This document shows, in pieces, positions 50,652 through 62,654 of a DNA stretch of 64,000 nucleotides. Both the position numbers and the translations under genes were made by a program. The notes beneath the pieces were generated by a model, which worked only from the letters and a program-made list of their open reading frames with translations, had not been told where the DNA came from and searched no databases. Every line of letters starts with the position of its first letter. Positions within the stretch are counted from its first letter, which is position 1. Source of the stretch: Lobosporangium transversale (Eukaryota); the NCBI RefSeq assembly GCF_002105155.1, contig NW_019028989.1, positions 186,001-250,000 of the forward strand, read 5' to 3'.

Positions 50652-52564
50652 GAATTCTGTAATCGTTTGTTTACTTTTGTAATCTTTTGCAATGAGATTA
50701 GGCTTGGAGATGTCGAAGTAATGAGTGCTGTGGAAGATGAGGAAAATGTAAGTTGAAGAGTGGGGAGAGGAATTGTGAAAGAATGAAAGGAAAAGATTAG
50801 TGCGAAGGATAAAGAACGAGGAATGTTGTGTTGTCTTCACAAGTAAGGGCTTGGTTGAGGTGAGGATAGAAAAAGAAAGAATAAACAGCGATGAAGACAC
50901 CTCAGCTGTTAACGTTGTTGACGGCGATGACGGCGATCATGGTTTGGCAGTGCAGTGGGATGCAGTGGGATGCCAGAAAAGAGGCCAGTGGAGCGGGTTC
51001 TCGCTTCACTTGCGTTCGGCTGCAATACACATGAGAAATAGTTGAGCATGGCTCTCTTTTTCTTTTGATAGTGTGTAATGTATTGTGTACAGGCGTTGTT
51101 TGTTTATGCTGGCTCTGATGTTTGCTTCCATTGTTTCTATTTCTCTGGCATTTCGATCCCAAGATGTTATTTGTGGAGACAACCTTATTTCACGAAGAAA
51201 GGTGCCCAGTCTGGCTCTCGTAAAGGAGGAGGAACTGCTCTTGATTGATAATTCATTCACAGCATACACATGTATTCACAAGTAATAACTCCATTATCGG
51301 GCGCTATTCTTTACAGTTTTGGCTCTTTTTTGTCATCCTTTCATGTGTGATTTAGTCTTGTGTAGAAACAGGTTGCAGGGACAAGTAAATAAATATCGAT
51401 GGGAATTATCTTTACGCAATATCCTAATATGTCCAAAGTAACAGAAACACTGCTACAAAGAAAAGAACATCCTTGCCACTGTTCACAAGCTAAATAAGCA
51501 TCAAAGAGTCATAGTTTATCCTATGCGTTGATTGTAGACTGGGCTATTCGTGCCCCATATTAACCACATTCATGTCCTTGAACAATAGTAAATATTTTTG
51601 TGGCGCTCAAACTGACTTACTGAATACTGAATACTGAATACAAATTTGGCGCCACCTTCGCTCTTGTTCCTGGGTCTGTGCACATGATCAATTGTCCACA
51701 AGCAGGCATTTAGCTCTACTTGCTTACTTGTCACTTTATATCTTGTTTTTATTATGTATAAGTTTTTATGACTTCACTAAACTCACATTATATCAATACC
51801 TCATTTTATAGCTTTACGAGCAATGTAATCACCCGAACAGCACTGCTTATCCTCCGAGGATTCATTATCGAGTCTGTTTGTACATTTCGTTTGTTGTGTA
51901 TAAGAGAAATTAATGAATTCATGCACTGACGCACAAACCATGAACATGAATGAAATCTGTAATGTATTCATGTGGAGTCCTTATAGTCCTTGACGTTTTC
52001 TGTACTGTAATTGTCTGTTGTGGTGACTCCTGCAATTATCTGTAAATATATAAGCATCGCGTTATGACCCTTTTATTTTTCATATTCTTTTGCTTCCTAA
52101 TATCTAGATCTGTATTATGATAGATCTTGCCAAATCGACTAGTAGTTGCAAAGATCACAGTCTGGTTCCCATTATCAATCAATATCATATAAAATGAATA
52201 CCGCTGTCTTTCTGGAGCTATCAACCGATATCCCCACAGGCCTGTGGATCTTGCCAGCATTGCGGCGGTAGGACCATAGCACTGTCTTCTTTATGACTTT
52301 AACCGAATGGCTATAATACCGAAATCAATGAAAGGGCTAGACCAGATATAATCTTCTGCGGATCTTCCATCTCTATGCTTAATTGCATCCCTTTTCTCCT
52401 ATTGAATAGTACAGTGTCACAAAGTCGAAGCCTCACCTCGCCCTTACTCATGTACCGTCAGCAATGAGGCAATGAGAGCTTCTGCGTGAGGTTTTTTTTA
52501 TTCACCTCATTCCTTCCTTCCCTCCATTGCCCCATTATTTTTCATTCCAATACTTCTTTCGTCC

Positions 52565-54448
52565 ATGGTCTGGCTAATTCATGTTCTTAAAACGCCACAA
52601 AGCAACACCTCTTCTTCCAATGCGACTTTAAAACTAGCAGGTGTCACAACCAAACACAAGCATGTACGCCAACGCTCGTTTCGATTACTCGACATTCCTG
52701 AAATCCTTGAAATCATCATAGGTCTTCTCAGTTTTGGGGACCGCCGTGTAATGCGACTCGTGTCTAGGCAATGTTATATCGTTAGTCGCCGCTTCCTGAC
52801 TATCCGGGCTGTGTGGACGGAGGCTCCTGTCCCTGCAAGCCCACATCACGCACATGTTCTCCGATGGCTCTCCAGTTTGGATGCGCTCAGCTATGTCTCA
52901 GAGCAGACAGATGATCACGAATCAACGTTCAGCCATAACGCTTGGTTTCACTTACGCAACCATATCCAGTCGGGGCTTGCCTTCAATCTAGAGGAGCTTA
53001 TTTTGAAAGGACCCATTGATGTGCAAGGCAGGATACTTCCTCTATTACCATTCATGGCCTCCTTAAGGACAATTCGGCTACAAGGAGTTTATTCTGATTC
53101 ATACACGATTCCAATGTTCCTCAATGAGTGCCCAAGACTCGAGGAATTGACTATTGAGCCAGATTCTAAGCAGTGGACTGCAGGAGTCACGCCTGTAGTG
53201 AAATCATGGACGATGCATAGGCCATACAAACTAAGGGTCTTGTCAGTGCAACAAATATCCATGACACAGCACGCTATCAGGAACGTTATTGAGTGTTGCC
53301 CTAACCTTCGTAGTATCTCATTGATCGGTGTCTCCTGTACGTCCCCAACCAGCGGCGGTCATTTACTTGAAGAGGGATTAATTGCACACATTGCGCGGTG
53401 GTGCCCAGAGCTCCACCATCTGCAAATTTCCACTACTCAAGATCAGCAAGACAGCATTTCACAGCTCGCACAGTTCAGACATATCACCTCGCTCGGAATG
53501 CCTGGCAGACTCATCTGTCCTCACTTTTTTACAGTTGTCAGATCGTATCCAAATGCATTGACGGTTTTAACCATTACTGGGAGTTGTGGATTTTCACCCG
53601 AAATAACAGAGGGCCTTCACAGCTACCTCTGTAAAGCACTTCATCTAAAGCATCTAGAAGCTCCTGATATCAAATTCAATGAAATGCTTTTGTTTCATAC
53701 AGATATCAACAACTCAGAGAGCGTATGGGCATGCCGAGATCTTCGTTCACTTAAGATCTCCTTCCAGCCCAATCATGGAGAACAGTACTTTAACATTGTT
53801 CAGCGCTCTAGAATGATCTATGGCTATATTTCTCAGGTGTGTCCTCAACTTCGACACCTAGCGATCACACGAGAATGGATTGATTGTTCGCTTGAGGGTG
53901 GCCTATGCTTGCTCACTGGACTGGAAAGCCTGATAAGTCTGGAGGTCACTACTACTACTATGAGTGTTTTGCATGCTTGGGATTTCAGTTGGATGGATAA
54001 TGATCCTACAGTGCTACATAAAATGATTCATAAGATGTCGTCCAATGAATCGAAGTTACTGAAAAGCCTGAGAGCAAAATATGAGTGGTTAGGATATGGA
54101 GATTGCCGCTTTGTGGACCCTCAACGACTGGAGCGACTAGGGCTTTTAGTTCCAGCTTTAGCAACAACCAATGTGTTTCAAGGTCCACAAGGATACAAAC
54201 TGATGGGGCCTTTGAGAAATCGACGCAAGAGGTCCACTAGTTCAGCCAGCTCAGCCAGCTCAGCCAGTAATGACAGCCGATTGTTCAACACTAGCAAGGC
54301 TGAGCCTTCAGGTCACCTTGTTCGTTGGCCATTCCTGAAGCGTTTCATCATCAACCTCTCGGTGGATCGACGCGGTCAGGCCTCAGGCATTCAGGCATTA
54401 GTTAGGAAATTACGACCTGATATTGAGTGCAAGATTGGAGAACCCTGA
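52565..54448 (+). CDS. F-box/leucine-rich-repeat-like protein, intronless
   Basis: F-box LLDIPEILEIIIGLL..MRLVSRQ. Repeats CPRLEEL, CPNLRSISL, CPELHHL, WACRDLRSL and CPQLRHL. Confidence 0.85.
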   Translation: MVWLIHVLKTPQSNTSSSNATLKLAGVTTKHKHVRQRSFRLLDIPEILEIIIGLLSFGDRRVMRLVSRQCYIVSRRFLTIRAVWTEAPVPASPHHAHVLRWLSSLDALSYVSEQTDDHESTFSHNAWFHLRNHIQSGLAFNLEELILKGPIDVQGRILPLLPFMASLRTIRLQGVYSDSYTIPMFLNECPRLEELTIEPDSKQWTAGVTPVVKSWTMHRPYKLRVLSVQQISMTQHAIRNVIECCPNLRSISLIGVSCTSPTSGGHLLEEGLIAHIARWCPELHHLQISTTQDQQDSISQLAQFRHITSLGMPGRLICPHFFTVVRSYPNALTVLTITGSCGFSPEITEGLHSYLCKALHLKHLEAPDIKFNEMLLFHTDINNSESVWACRDLRSLKISFQPNHGEQYFNIVQRSRMIYGYISQVCPQLRHLAITREWIDCSLEGGLCLLTGLESLISLEVTTTTMSVLHAWDFSWMDNDPTVLHKMIHKMSSNESKLLKSLRAKYEWLGYGDCRFVDPQRLERLGLLVPALATTNVFQGPQGYKLMGPLRNRRKRSTSSASSASSASNDSRLFNTSKAEPSGHLVRWPFLKRFIINLSVDRRGQASGIQALVRKLRPDIECKIGEP

Positions 54449-54578
54449 TGTCAATTATGGATCACCACCAAAATGTAATAAAAGCATACCCCACTCAATT
54501 CGGAGTAAAAGCCGCAGGTTATATTACTTTAAAGAAGTGTTGCTGTTCTACTATATTTAAGCTTGTATGATTCTGTTT

Positions 54579-55128
54579 CTATGCGTCAGCAACTTGAACA
54601 TTCACCTTTCCAACAAAGGCTCCATTCAAAAAGTCGACATATGTTTCACCAATTTTGTCGACGCCATGTTTGAGGACAGCGTCTTTGTACTTGACTTCAC
54701 CGTTGGCCACCAGAGGTGTCAGCTCCTCAAGAAACTTTCCAAATCTCTCATAGTGACTAAAGACAAGGTAGCCTTCATAACGGAGTTCCTTAAAGAGGAT
54801 GTTGATCAGGTTCTTAGGCGCATAAGGCTCAGTATTCTGATGATATGCCAAGGCTCCGACTGCTAGGACACGACCGCGTGGGTTAAGCAAGTCTAATACG
54901 ATCTCAGTAGTGTCGTCTCCAACAAGATCGTAATAGATATCCAGTCCAGCTTCACCTACTGCCTCCGTTAAGGCTTTACGTTTGTCCTGGGTCTTGTAGT
55001 TGAATGCAGCATCAAAGCCGAGCTCATCCTTGAGGAATGTAACCTTTTCATCCGAGCCAGCAGATCCAATTACGCGAAGGCCTTTTCTCTTGGCCAATTG
55101 GCCAGCCAACTGTCCCAGAGTTCTGTGG

Positions 55129-55162
<34 letters not shown>

Positions 55163-55612
55163 AGCAATAGTTTAGATGCAATGTTTGAGAGGTTGCAAAT
55201 CTGTTAATTAAAGGCCCATCATTTCCAATTTAGCTTTTACCCTGCGGCACTAGAGATATAAATGGTCTCTCCAGCCTTGAGGTCACCACGCAAGTTGAGT
55301 GAATCCCAAACAGTGAAGCCAGGAATACCCAGGACGCCGGTGTAAGCTGAAAGGGGCACCTTGGAGTCAACCGCATTATCCAAGACATTAAGATCGTTAA
55401 TGTATTCAGGTTCATAAACATGTGTGTATTCTTCCCAGTGAGAAGGAGAATGAACTAAGGCACCGACAGGAAACTTTGGGTTCTTGGAATCAACCACTTT
55501 TGCTATCGCAAATCCAACCACCCTTGATTCCTTCTTGTCATTGCTGAAGTCATGACGGATATCTAGTTTCGATAGCCATACAATGCCAATAAAGAAAAAT
55601 ATAGGGCCTTAT

Positions 55613-55649
<37 letters not shown>

Positions 55650-55844
55650 AAATAAATAAGTATGGCTCTACTTACAAGGATCCAAGGAAAAGATGAGATT
55701 CTTAACAAAGACCTCATTGTCTTTAAGGACAGGTGCAGGCTCAGTGACAGTTACAGAGCGAAAATGGCTTTTATTAGGTGTGACTCCTTCAGGGATCTTT
55801 GAGATGAGGATACGATCTTGGGTGATTTCTTTGGAGAAAGTCAT
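54579..55844 (-). CDS. NADP-dependent MDR oxidoreductase (prostaglandin reductase/allyl-alcohol dehydrogenase-like)
   Basis: Exons 55844-55676, 55562-55241 and 55122-54579. Motifs SLDPYIR, GVLGIPGFT, GETIYISSAAGTLGQLAGQLAK, GSAGSDEKV..LGFDAAFNYK and GLDIYYDLVG. Confidence 0.92.
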
Positions 55845-56599
55845 CTTTCTTTCTTCTTTGATGTTGATGGTGTTGTTGTTGTTGTTGTTGTTGTTGTTTT
55901 TTTGGAGAGAGGGAAGGGAGTTTGGCAGTGATAGTGTTGGGTTGTTTTCGGTTCCTTGAGGTAATGTGGTCTCTTGTTAATTGTAGAATGACCTTTTTAT
56001 ACATTTTTTTTTAAAAGAATATTAATAATCATTATGCGGTGAATCTAGAGTCTGTAGCCTCGGCCAACTGAAAGTCGATCGATCGTTTACACATTCACAG
56101 CTTATTTCATACGTTGAGATGGATTTGACGCGACGCGTAATTTCACCATGTATAAATCAAGAGTAGTACAAGCTGATTATAAATCAAAGATGAATGCCAA
56201 ATCTATTTGTTCTATTTCATTCGTCATTATCGAGGTAGCACCAGTGCTCCGATTCAATCTGAAACTTTATCAATTATAATATTTCAGATTAAAAAAATAC
56301 GAGCCGGAGACCTTGCCTCGTAAAAAAATTTAATGCTTTATTTTATGAGAACAATACAATAGGTTATCTTTATCGTACAAAATAGAATATAAAGTAAAAT
56401 ATAAAATAAAATACAAAGTAAAATACAAATAAAATACAAAAATAAGTGCTACAGCCAAGAGAAGAACATCTGGCAAAATAATGTCAGATAGAATAACAAT
56501 GGAGATGAGCTGAAAGTCGACGTGAATGACTTGGAGATGAAGAAGCGACAGAATACCTGAAGGCCAAAGATATTGTGACTACAAAGCACGCTTGAAGAC

Positions 56600-58110
56600 A
56601 ATGTTTCGGGTGTATATCCCAGACTTACCTTCTTAAGATTGTTTGGGTCAGTACTCAGTACACCGTGATAAAGCAACGTAGAGATGGCCATGGCGAAGGC
56701 TGGCTTGATTGAAAAATTGGCGTCTGCATAACATAACTGGAGAAGAGCGGTCATCAATCGTTGTAAGCGGTATGCAGAGAATGAAAACACGCTCTCCTTG
56801 ATATTGCCCATTGATAATCTCAGTCTGAATTATTCTTGTGCCTAACGCGCGCACAATCGTCCCACAGATGACAACCGGAAGTACCTGTCTGAAGACGCTT
56901 CCAAATACAAACACCTTACCACCGAGTGGAATATCCTGTCCCATAATACCTCGAAGTAGCCTGTCTACAGCCTCAACCCAATGCTTATGCTGCAAAGGAG
57001 CCTCATCCCAGAAGACGACGTCAGCATCACGTATCCTTACCGCAGTATCTTGCCACATACCAAGATTACAGAGAACGTGGAGTGGGCTGTATGGCCGTTA
57101 TGAAGAATGAGAGAGGCAATCCCTGATGATGCGACAGCAATCACGCTTAGTTTATGTTGGCCAGTGAGACAACCAATGAGTGTGTTGTATAAAAATGATT
57201 TGCCTGTTCCTCCTGGGCCATCAATGAAAAAAAAGTCTCTCATGAACCTCACCTTTGGCTGCCTTAATGATGTGTCCGAAGGCTATCCTTTGGTCCAAGT
57301 TCAAGTGTACCACGTTATTGAGAGCCTCTTGTTCAAATTCCCATTGCCTCTACGTGTCATCAATCTGATCTTCCTTCTGTAGGGCATTTTCAATTCCTTG
57401 AGGCATCTCTGGAAAGTTGGCCAGGCAGAACCCAATCCTTCATTTAGATTGTAAAGTGCCGAACTCTTAGCTTGTTCCTCTGTAATACCCTCCGCAGTAG
57501 CAGTTGCCTCTCCCTGGAGCCCTCTGCATGTATGAAGGAAGTTTTCTGACAGATCCCTTGCAAAGCGAGTCCACAAAGCCAGTGTATCAGAGAGACTGCA
57601 GTTGATCATCATAATAGCAAACAGGTGTCGCAGTATCCTCGGTGGCTATATATGGATGCTTCTTCTAAGCAACGACCCCATTATTCATCATCCTCGAGAA
57701 AGCCGCGAGCAAGAGCAGCTGAGTAGAATGTATCAAAGGCCTGGTTGACTTCAGGCACTGTGCGGAGCTCAGCAAAATCCTTTGATCCTTTGACATGCAT
57801 AAGCAGCAGCCGAAGACAGTACCGCTCGTGCTCTTTTGGCTGGACAAAATAGATTCTAGAGAGAAAATTCGTGCTATTGGCCCTGGCTTTCTCTTTCCAT
57901 CTTCTACTGCGCTTGTCCCAGGTGTAGTGGTAAGGTATATCAGGGTACAAATAGTATCCCGGTACCTTTATATTGCTTGCGGTGTCTGCATCGGCCGCAT
58001 TTGCGACTTCTGCCCTCGAAATTTCTTTCTCAAAGTCACTATTGAGCTTGAACCATGCCATGAACTGCGAGTCTTGGGCACAGGAGATGATCTGCTCGAG
58101 GTTAGCATCA
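56600..58110 (-). mobile_element. Helitron Rep/Hel remnant (Pif1-like SF1 helicase), broken and internally deleted
   Basis: [58 protein letters not shown] (Walker A), ASSGIAS, TAHSTF, WDEA, FRQVLPV and HGHLYVALSR. Multiple frameshifts; no Rep HUH motifs or CTRR terminus found. Confidence 0.9.
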
Positions 58111-58224
58111 GGGCCAGACCACTTGCTGCTGATCCTCTACATTATTGCGAATGGCTTTGCTTTCCGCGTCTTGGCCACCAAAGAGCTCTAAAAAGCGGTG
58201 TGGAATACTCTGCAGATGAGGGAC

Positions 58225-59806
58225 TTAGATTTGACCCCTACTGTAGACAACACACTGACTGCAATCTGCTCCTTTTTCTGAGCTGTAGTTACTCACAAGA
58301 GTGAAGATGCTGTAAGGCTGCATTAAGTGACTTGGAGTTAATGGACCCCATGCTCGACAGAGGAGGTATGATTGTAGCTTGACAAATTTGCTTCGAATTT
58401 GACGGATTTGCTCTACTTTATTTTCGCGCTCGCTGTACCAAACATCCTTGTCACTTGCAATTTCCATTGCTCGATCGATGGATTCCTGATCAAGGTAAAT
58501 CCTTGTGTTGAAAGAGCTCCTTTCATCTTCTACCAAGAAAGAGAGAGTTTTGCCGCCTACTGATGGTTTCTCTTTTTGGTCAATGCGGATTGATGATGTG
58601 ACAAGGGCGTTCATTGTGTGAGTTCCGATTACCAACCTCTCACCATCGTTGGAATGCATTGTTGTTGGATACACGTCCACATATCGGTGCTCGTGGCTTC
58701 CTGGAGTTGATGTTTTAGTGGCGATCCCTTTTGAGACCTGGAACGGTTCACAATGAACATAGACATGCTTTTTTCGTCCATACACTTCGATGCAATTTAC
58801 TAAGATGGCATGGGGATTGCTAGTTGTGGTTTTCACTAGTATGCATCCTGCAAGGATTTTTGCACATGCACATCTCCGTGCCGTATTCTCTAAAGCCCAG
58901 TCTTCATTCAGAAATTGACTTACTTTCTTGTCCAGCTCGACGTATTTTCTCTGTTCAAGAATTGAAGCGTATGGTGAACTCTGAAATACTTCTGGTGCTG
59001 GAGTAGGTTGGCATTTGGAACATTGTACATCGGCAGAAATATTGTCGAATAATGCTGTTTCGGTGGAAATAGAAAAGGGTCCTTTGAAAGAGAGTCGCTC
59101 CAGTTTCTTCACATGTGCAAAAAGAATCTCTTCATCCCCTTGATTGTTTTTTGCAACTATGGGAGCTGCCTCTAATAATTCAACAAAGAGCAATGCTTTT
59201 TTCTTTTCAGCTTGCGAGCTATGGCTTTGCTCTGATACTTCCAATGCTAGCTCCCTGAAGGAACGTTTTTTTTGGTCGTTTGTTGCTGTAGACGAGTTCT
59301 CCCAATGAGAGCTTGGCAGGCGAAGAAGGTGAAGCTGAACTTAGTGGCTTAGTTGAAGGAGCAGTGAGACTCTTGATTCTTGTTCAAGTTGTGGTTGCCT
59401 TTGCTCCTCAATGCCTTCCATTGCTGAACCGTTTGGATGATCATGCAAAGGTGCTGGATCAGGACCATGGTTGATGCCTTCTTTTGCTGTAGCATTGGGG
59501 TGATCATGCAAAGGTGTCTGATCAGGAGCGTTGTTGATGATTTCCAATTGGATCAGCTTACAGATGTTTTTGGAAATGTGCTCCTTGATTCCTTTCCTCC
59601 TTTTAATTGTAAAAAGGACACGAAAATAGCCCATTCAGACGAGACACCTGCAAGCTTTCGTTGACACCAAAAGAATTGGAAAGTGTAACATTAATACTCT
59701 CCTTGTGATAGTCGTCATTGTGTCTCTTTAGTTGTATTCTTTTTTTGAAGACCTTTGGGCAAATTTTACAGCTCCAGGAACGTGAAACGGGTTCGAGTTG
59801 CTCCAT
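58225..59806 (-). pseudogene. Disrupted gene with N-terminal C2H2 finger, 21-aa duplication and a 339-codon domain of unknown function; probably TE-borne
   Basis: ATG 59806, CKICPKVF..LKRHNDDYH, in-frame stop at 59603-59605, then further frame breaks. 63-nt duplication (PDQTPLHDHPN/PDPAPLHDHPN). Abuts the Helitron fragment. Confidence 0.55.
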
Positions 59807-60261
59807 GTTTCTAAAGCGATTACTCCAACGAAATTAAAGAAAGGAGGATTGGGTGAGTGAAACATTACAGCTGCAAAAAAAAAGGGCGGATTGTGGAAAT
59901 TAAGCTGCACAAAAAGAAAAATAGGGCGGATAGTGGAATTTCGAAAAACAGGATGGTTGAAAAAAAGAGAGCAGGCGGATCCAAAAAAAAAAACGAGGGA
60001 GCAGGTTCTGGAACAAATAAAAAACAGAAAAGAGCGGGTTCGAGAAGAAAAAACATTTTTGGTGCTTATCCCCATCCCGACCAAGACAACGCACAATGTC
60101 AACTCTTTTGCGTTCCCAGGGAGATTCAAAGCTTCTCTCGGTGGCAAAAAGGCAAGAAGGGCAAGAAAACTTACAGGAAATGAGCCGCAGCAGCACTGGA
60201 AAGCAGGGAGGGAAAATAAGATGAAAGAGTGAGAAAAGAATGAGCTGATGAAAGAAGGTGA

Positions 60262-60335
60262 CGAATGTGAATATGAATGTGAATGAGAGTGCGAATGTGA
60301 ATATGAATGTAAATGAGAGTGCGAATGTGAATGTG
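60262..60335. repeat. 30-bp minisatellite built from GAATGT units
   Basis: gaatgtgaatatgaatgtRaatgagagtgc, two copies plus a partial. Confidence 0.85.
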
Positions 60336-61042
60336 TGTAGAAGAAAAGAAAAACGGTGAGAGCAAACTGAAAAAATATGAAATGAAATGGCCCCTGAAAA
60401 ATGGTCTGTGCGGGACAAATGTATAAATAACCAACAAAATTAAAATAGAAAGCCTAGCGCCCAGCGCATTTGTTGACACCAATAGCGGGAATATAGAACC
60501 CGAGACCAGGGAGTCATGTAAATCAGAGTAACTACATCAATCGAAAGCCCTGACTCCTGATTGGTATAGGTTCCAAGGCGTTAGAACCTGGGACCAGGGT
60601 ATAATTACGTAAAATTAAATTCTAAAATATAAATGTTGGTCTGTGCTTTGGTAAAATACACTATGATACTGGGGCCGATTTTTATATCACTGGAGAGGGG
60701 ATCCCGAGCTCTCACAGCTTGTCAAATATCATGATGAAGTACCAAGAACTCGGCTTGCAAAAATAAAAAAAAGTGAAAACCTCTCCAAATTAAAAATTAT
60801 TTTGGCAAAAGGTTCTAGAAAAGTTATTGGTCACCTTTGTGACGACAGTGGTTTGGCTATGCCAGTCAAGCATTCATCGCAACGTTGCCTTTTGATCCTT
60901 TTAAATGTTCTCCCCATCATCCATGTAATAGCAGGATTCTAGCGCCCCAGCATTGTATTAATATATACTTAAGGGTAATATATTCTTTATTCGATATATT
61001 TGTTCACTTATTTCATTGCAGTGGTTTGTTATATTCAATGTA

Positions 61043-62560
61043 TTATATCAATGTTTTCACTGAATGGAATCTTACTCGGGGCAAATAATATCTTTTTTGA
61101 TAAAATTCTGGAGGTTGGCAGAGTCATAAACCTCTGGGTTAATTTCTTCAATTTGTTCTTGAAATTGTTGTAACAATGCCTATAATTTCGAGAAGTTGTG
61201 TTAGGATTTATGGTTATGAAACAGAAATAAAAACTTTGTTGATTACATTGTATTCATTACTTTCCTTTGAATGCATGAATATTGATATAATGTTGCTTAT
61301 TCCTGACATATCTGCTGTGGAGCGAGGAAGGAATCCTTCAGCAGCTTTGTAAAGAATGTAAATTCCCAAATCTGGATCCATTGTCATTGTAAAAATCTCG
61401 AGCTGGAATCCAAAGACTTGAATTAATATCACCATCGGTCTGGGGACTCCTTTGATTATCTGTGAATTGATCTCATCCTTGGCCATTCTAACTAATTTCC
61501 AGAAATCATGAATTTTGATTATTTTACGACGATCCTTCTCTGGAGGCTTGACTTCACCAAAAAGGCCAACAATTTCTGAATTAGAAATGCTTGACAAAGT
61601 TGGGCATGGAATCTCGATGAAAAAATCTGATCTAACGCCATGGTCATGTTCTGATTTCGTTGAATTGCCAGAATCATGTTCAATATTATATGATATAGGA
61701 AATCTGCTTCTTTGGCCAAAAAGAAGGTCAAGATAACATTGGAGATGGGTCAAGATAAAACCAGTTTCACCATATTCCTCTTCAGGCTTGAATTTTAATG
61801 GAAGAATCGTGGTTCTATCCAAATAATGATATAAAGTTAACGTTGATTAAAATGGTAAACTTTACAATACAATTTAGAATAAGTATGCTACTTACAATCG
61901 CTCAAGCATGCGCACTGCTTGCTTCCTCTCCAAGCTTCCTCCATAGAGCTCGTGCATATAATCCAGCATCTGCTCATCTGTTAAACGGCTATTCACCTTC
62001 GTCTGAACATTAAAACATAGCAACTGTAGGTCGGAATCCGGTTTGGGTGAATATGTTGAACTCAAATTATCCAGGTACTGCATTTGTTGTGTTTGGACCT
62101 TACTCAAAGAAGTATTGTCAGTCCACCAAATGCCATTTAAAGACCTAGAATTGTATTGTAAGCTAGTTATCCTTCTAAATATCTTAATTATCCAATTATA
62201 TTACAATTGTAGCAAAAATACTTACAAAGCTTCTGGAAGCAATGACGATATATCATGATAAGGAACAACACGTTTGCGCGAAGTAATTTGAAATGTTCTA
62301 AAGGCAGTTTTCAAACTTGAAGTTGGAGAAGATGGGGATGGATTGGGTATGTCGAGCCATTCATCATCATCATCAGTAAGAAGCTCCTTATAGATTATCC
62401 TAAATGAATTCTTTTTTCGTTTTGTTGATCTTGTGGAGTCTGCTGATCTTGTTGAATGTTCTCGAGTAAGTCTGGATATTTTTGATGTAGATGATTGATT
62501 TGATTGACTAGATTCTGTGGATTCTATGGTGCGTGCCAAAACTGATGCAATAATTTGCAT
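61043..62560 (-). pseudogene. Spliced PD-(D/E)xK (restriction-endonuclease-fold) nuclease-like gene; last donor apparently mutated
   Basis: Exons 62560-62226, 62144-61896, 61814-61265 and 61179-61043. Motifs VRSDFF..LFGEVKP..DFWKLVRMAKDEIN..IQVFG. The phase-0 donor needed for the last intron reads GAAAGT rather than GTAAGT. Confidence 0.6.
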
Positions 62561-62654
62561 TTTTTAACATTCATTCCTCATTCTCCTTTTCCTTTCTAAT
62601 GATCTTCCCTACCATCACCGCTTCTCATTCTCATTTGTCTCACCTTCGTAGACT

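Noticed and set aside
56040..56325. CTAG at 56045 and a tacgag/ctcgta stem as the Helitron 3' end
   Set aside because: The hairpin and CTRR are not correctly spaced, and CTAG is not followed by T on the element strand.
59880..60600. Spaced short repeats as a CRISPR-like array
   Set aside because: Too few, too short and too degenerate, the spacers are A tracts, and there are no cas genes.
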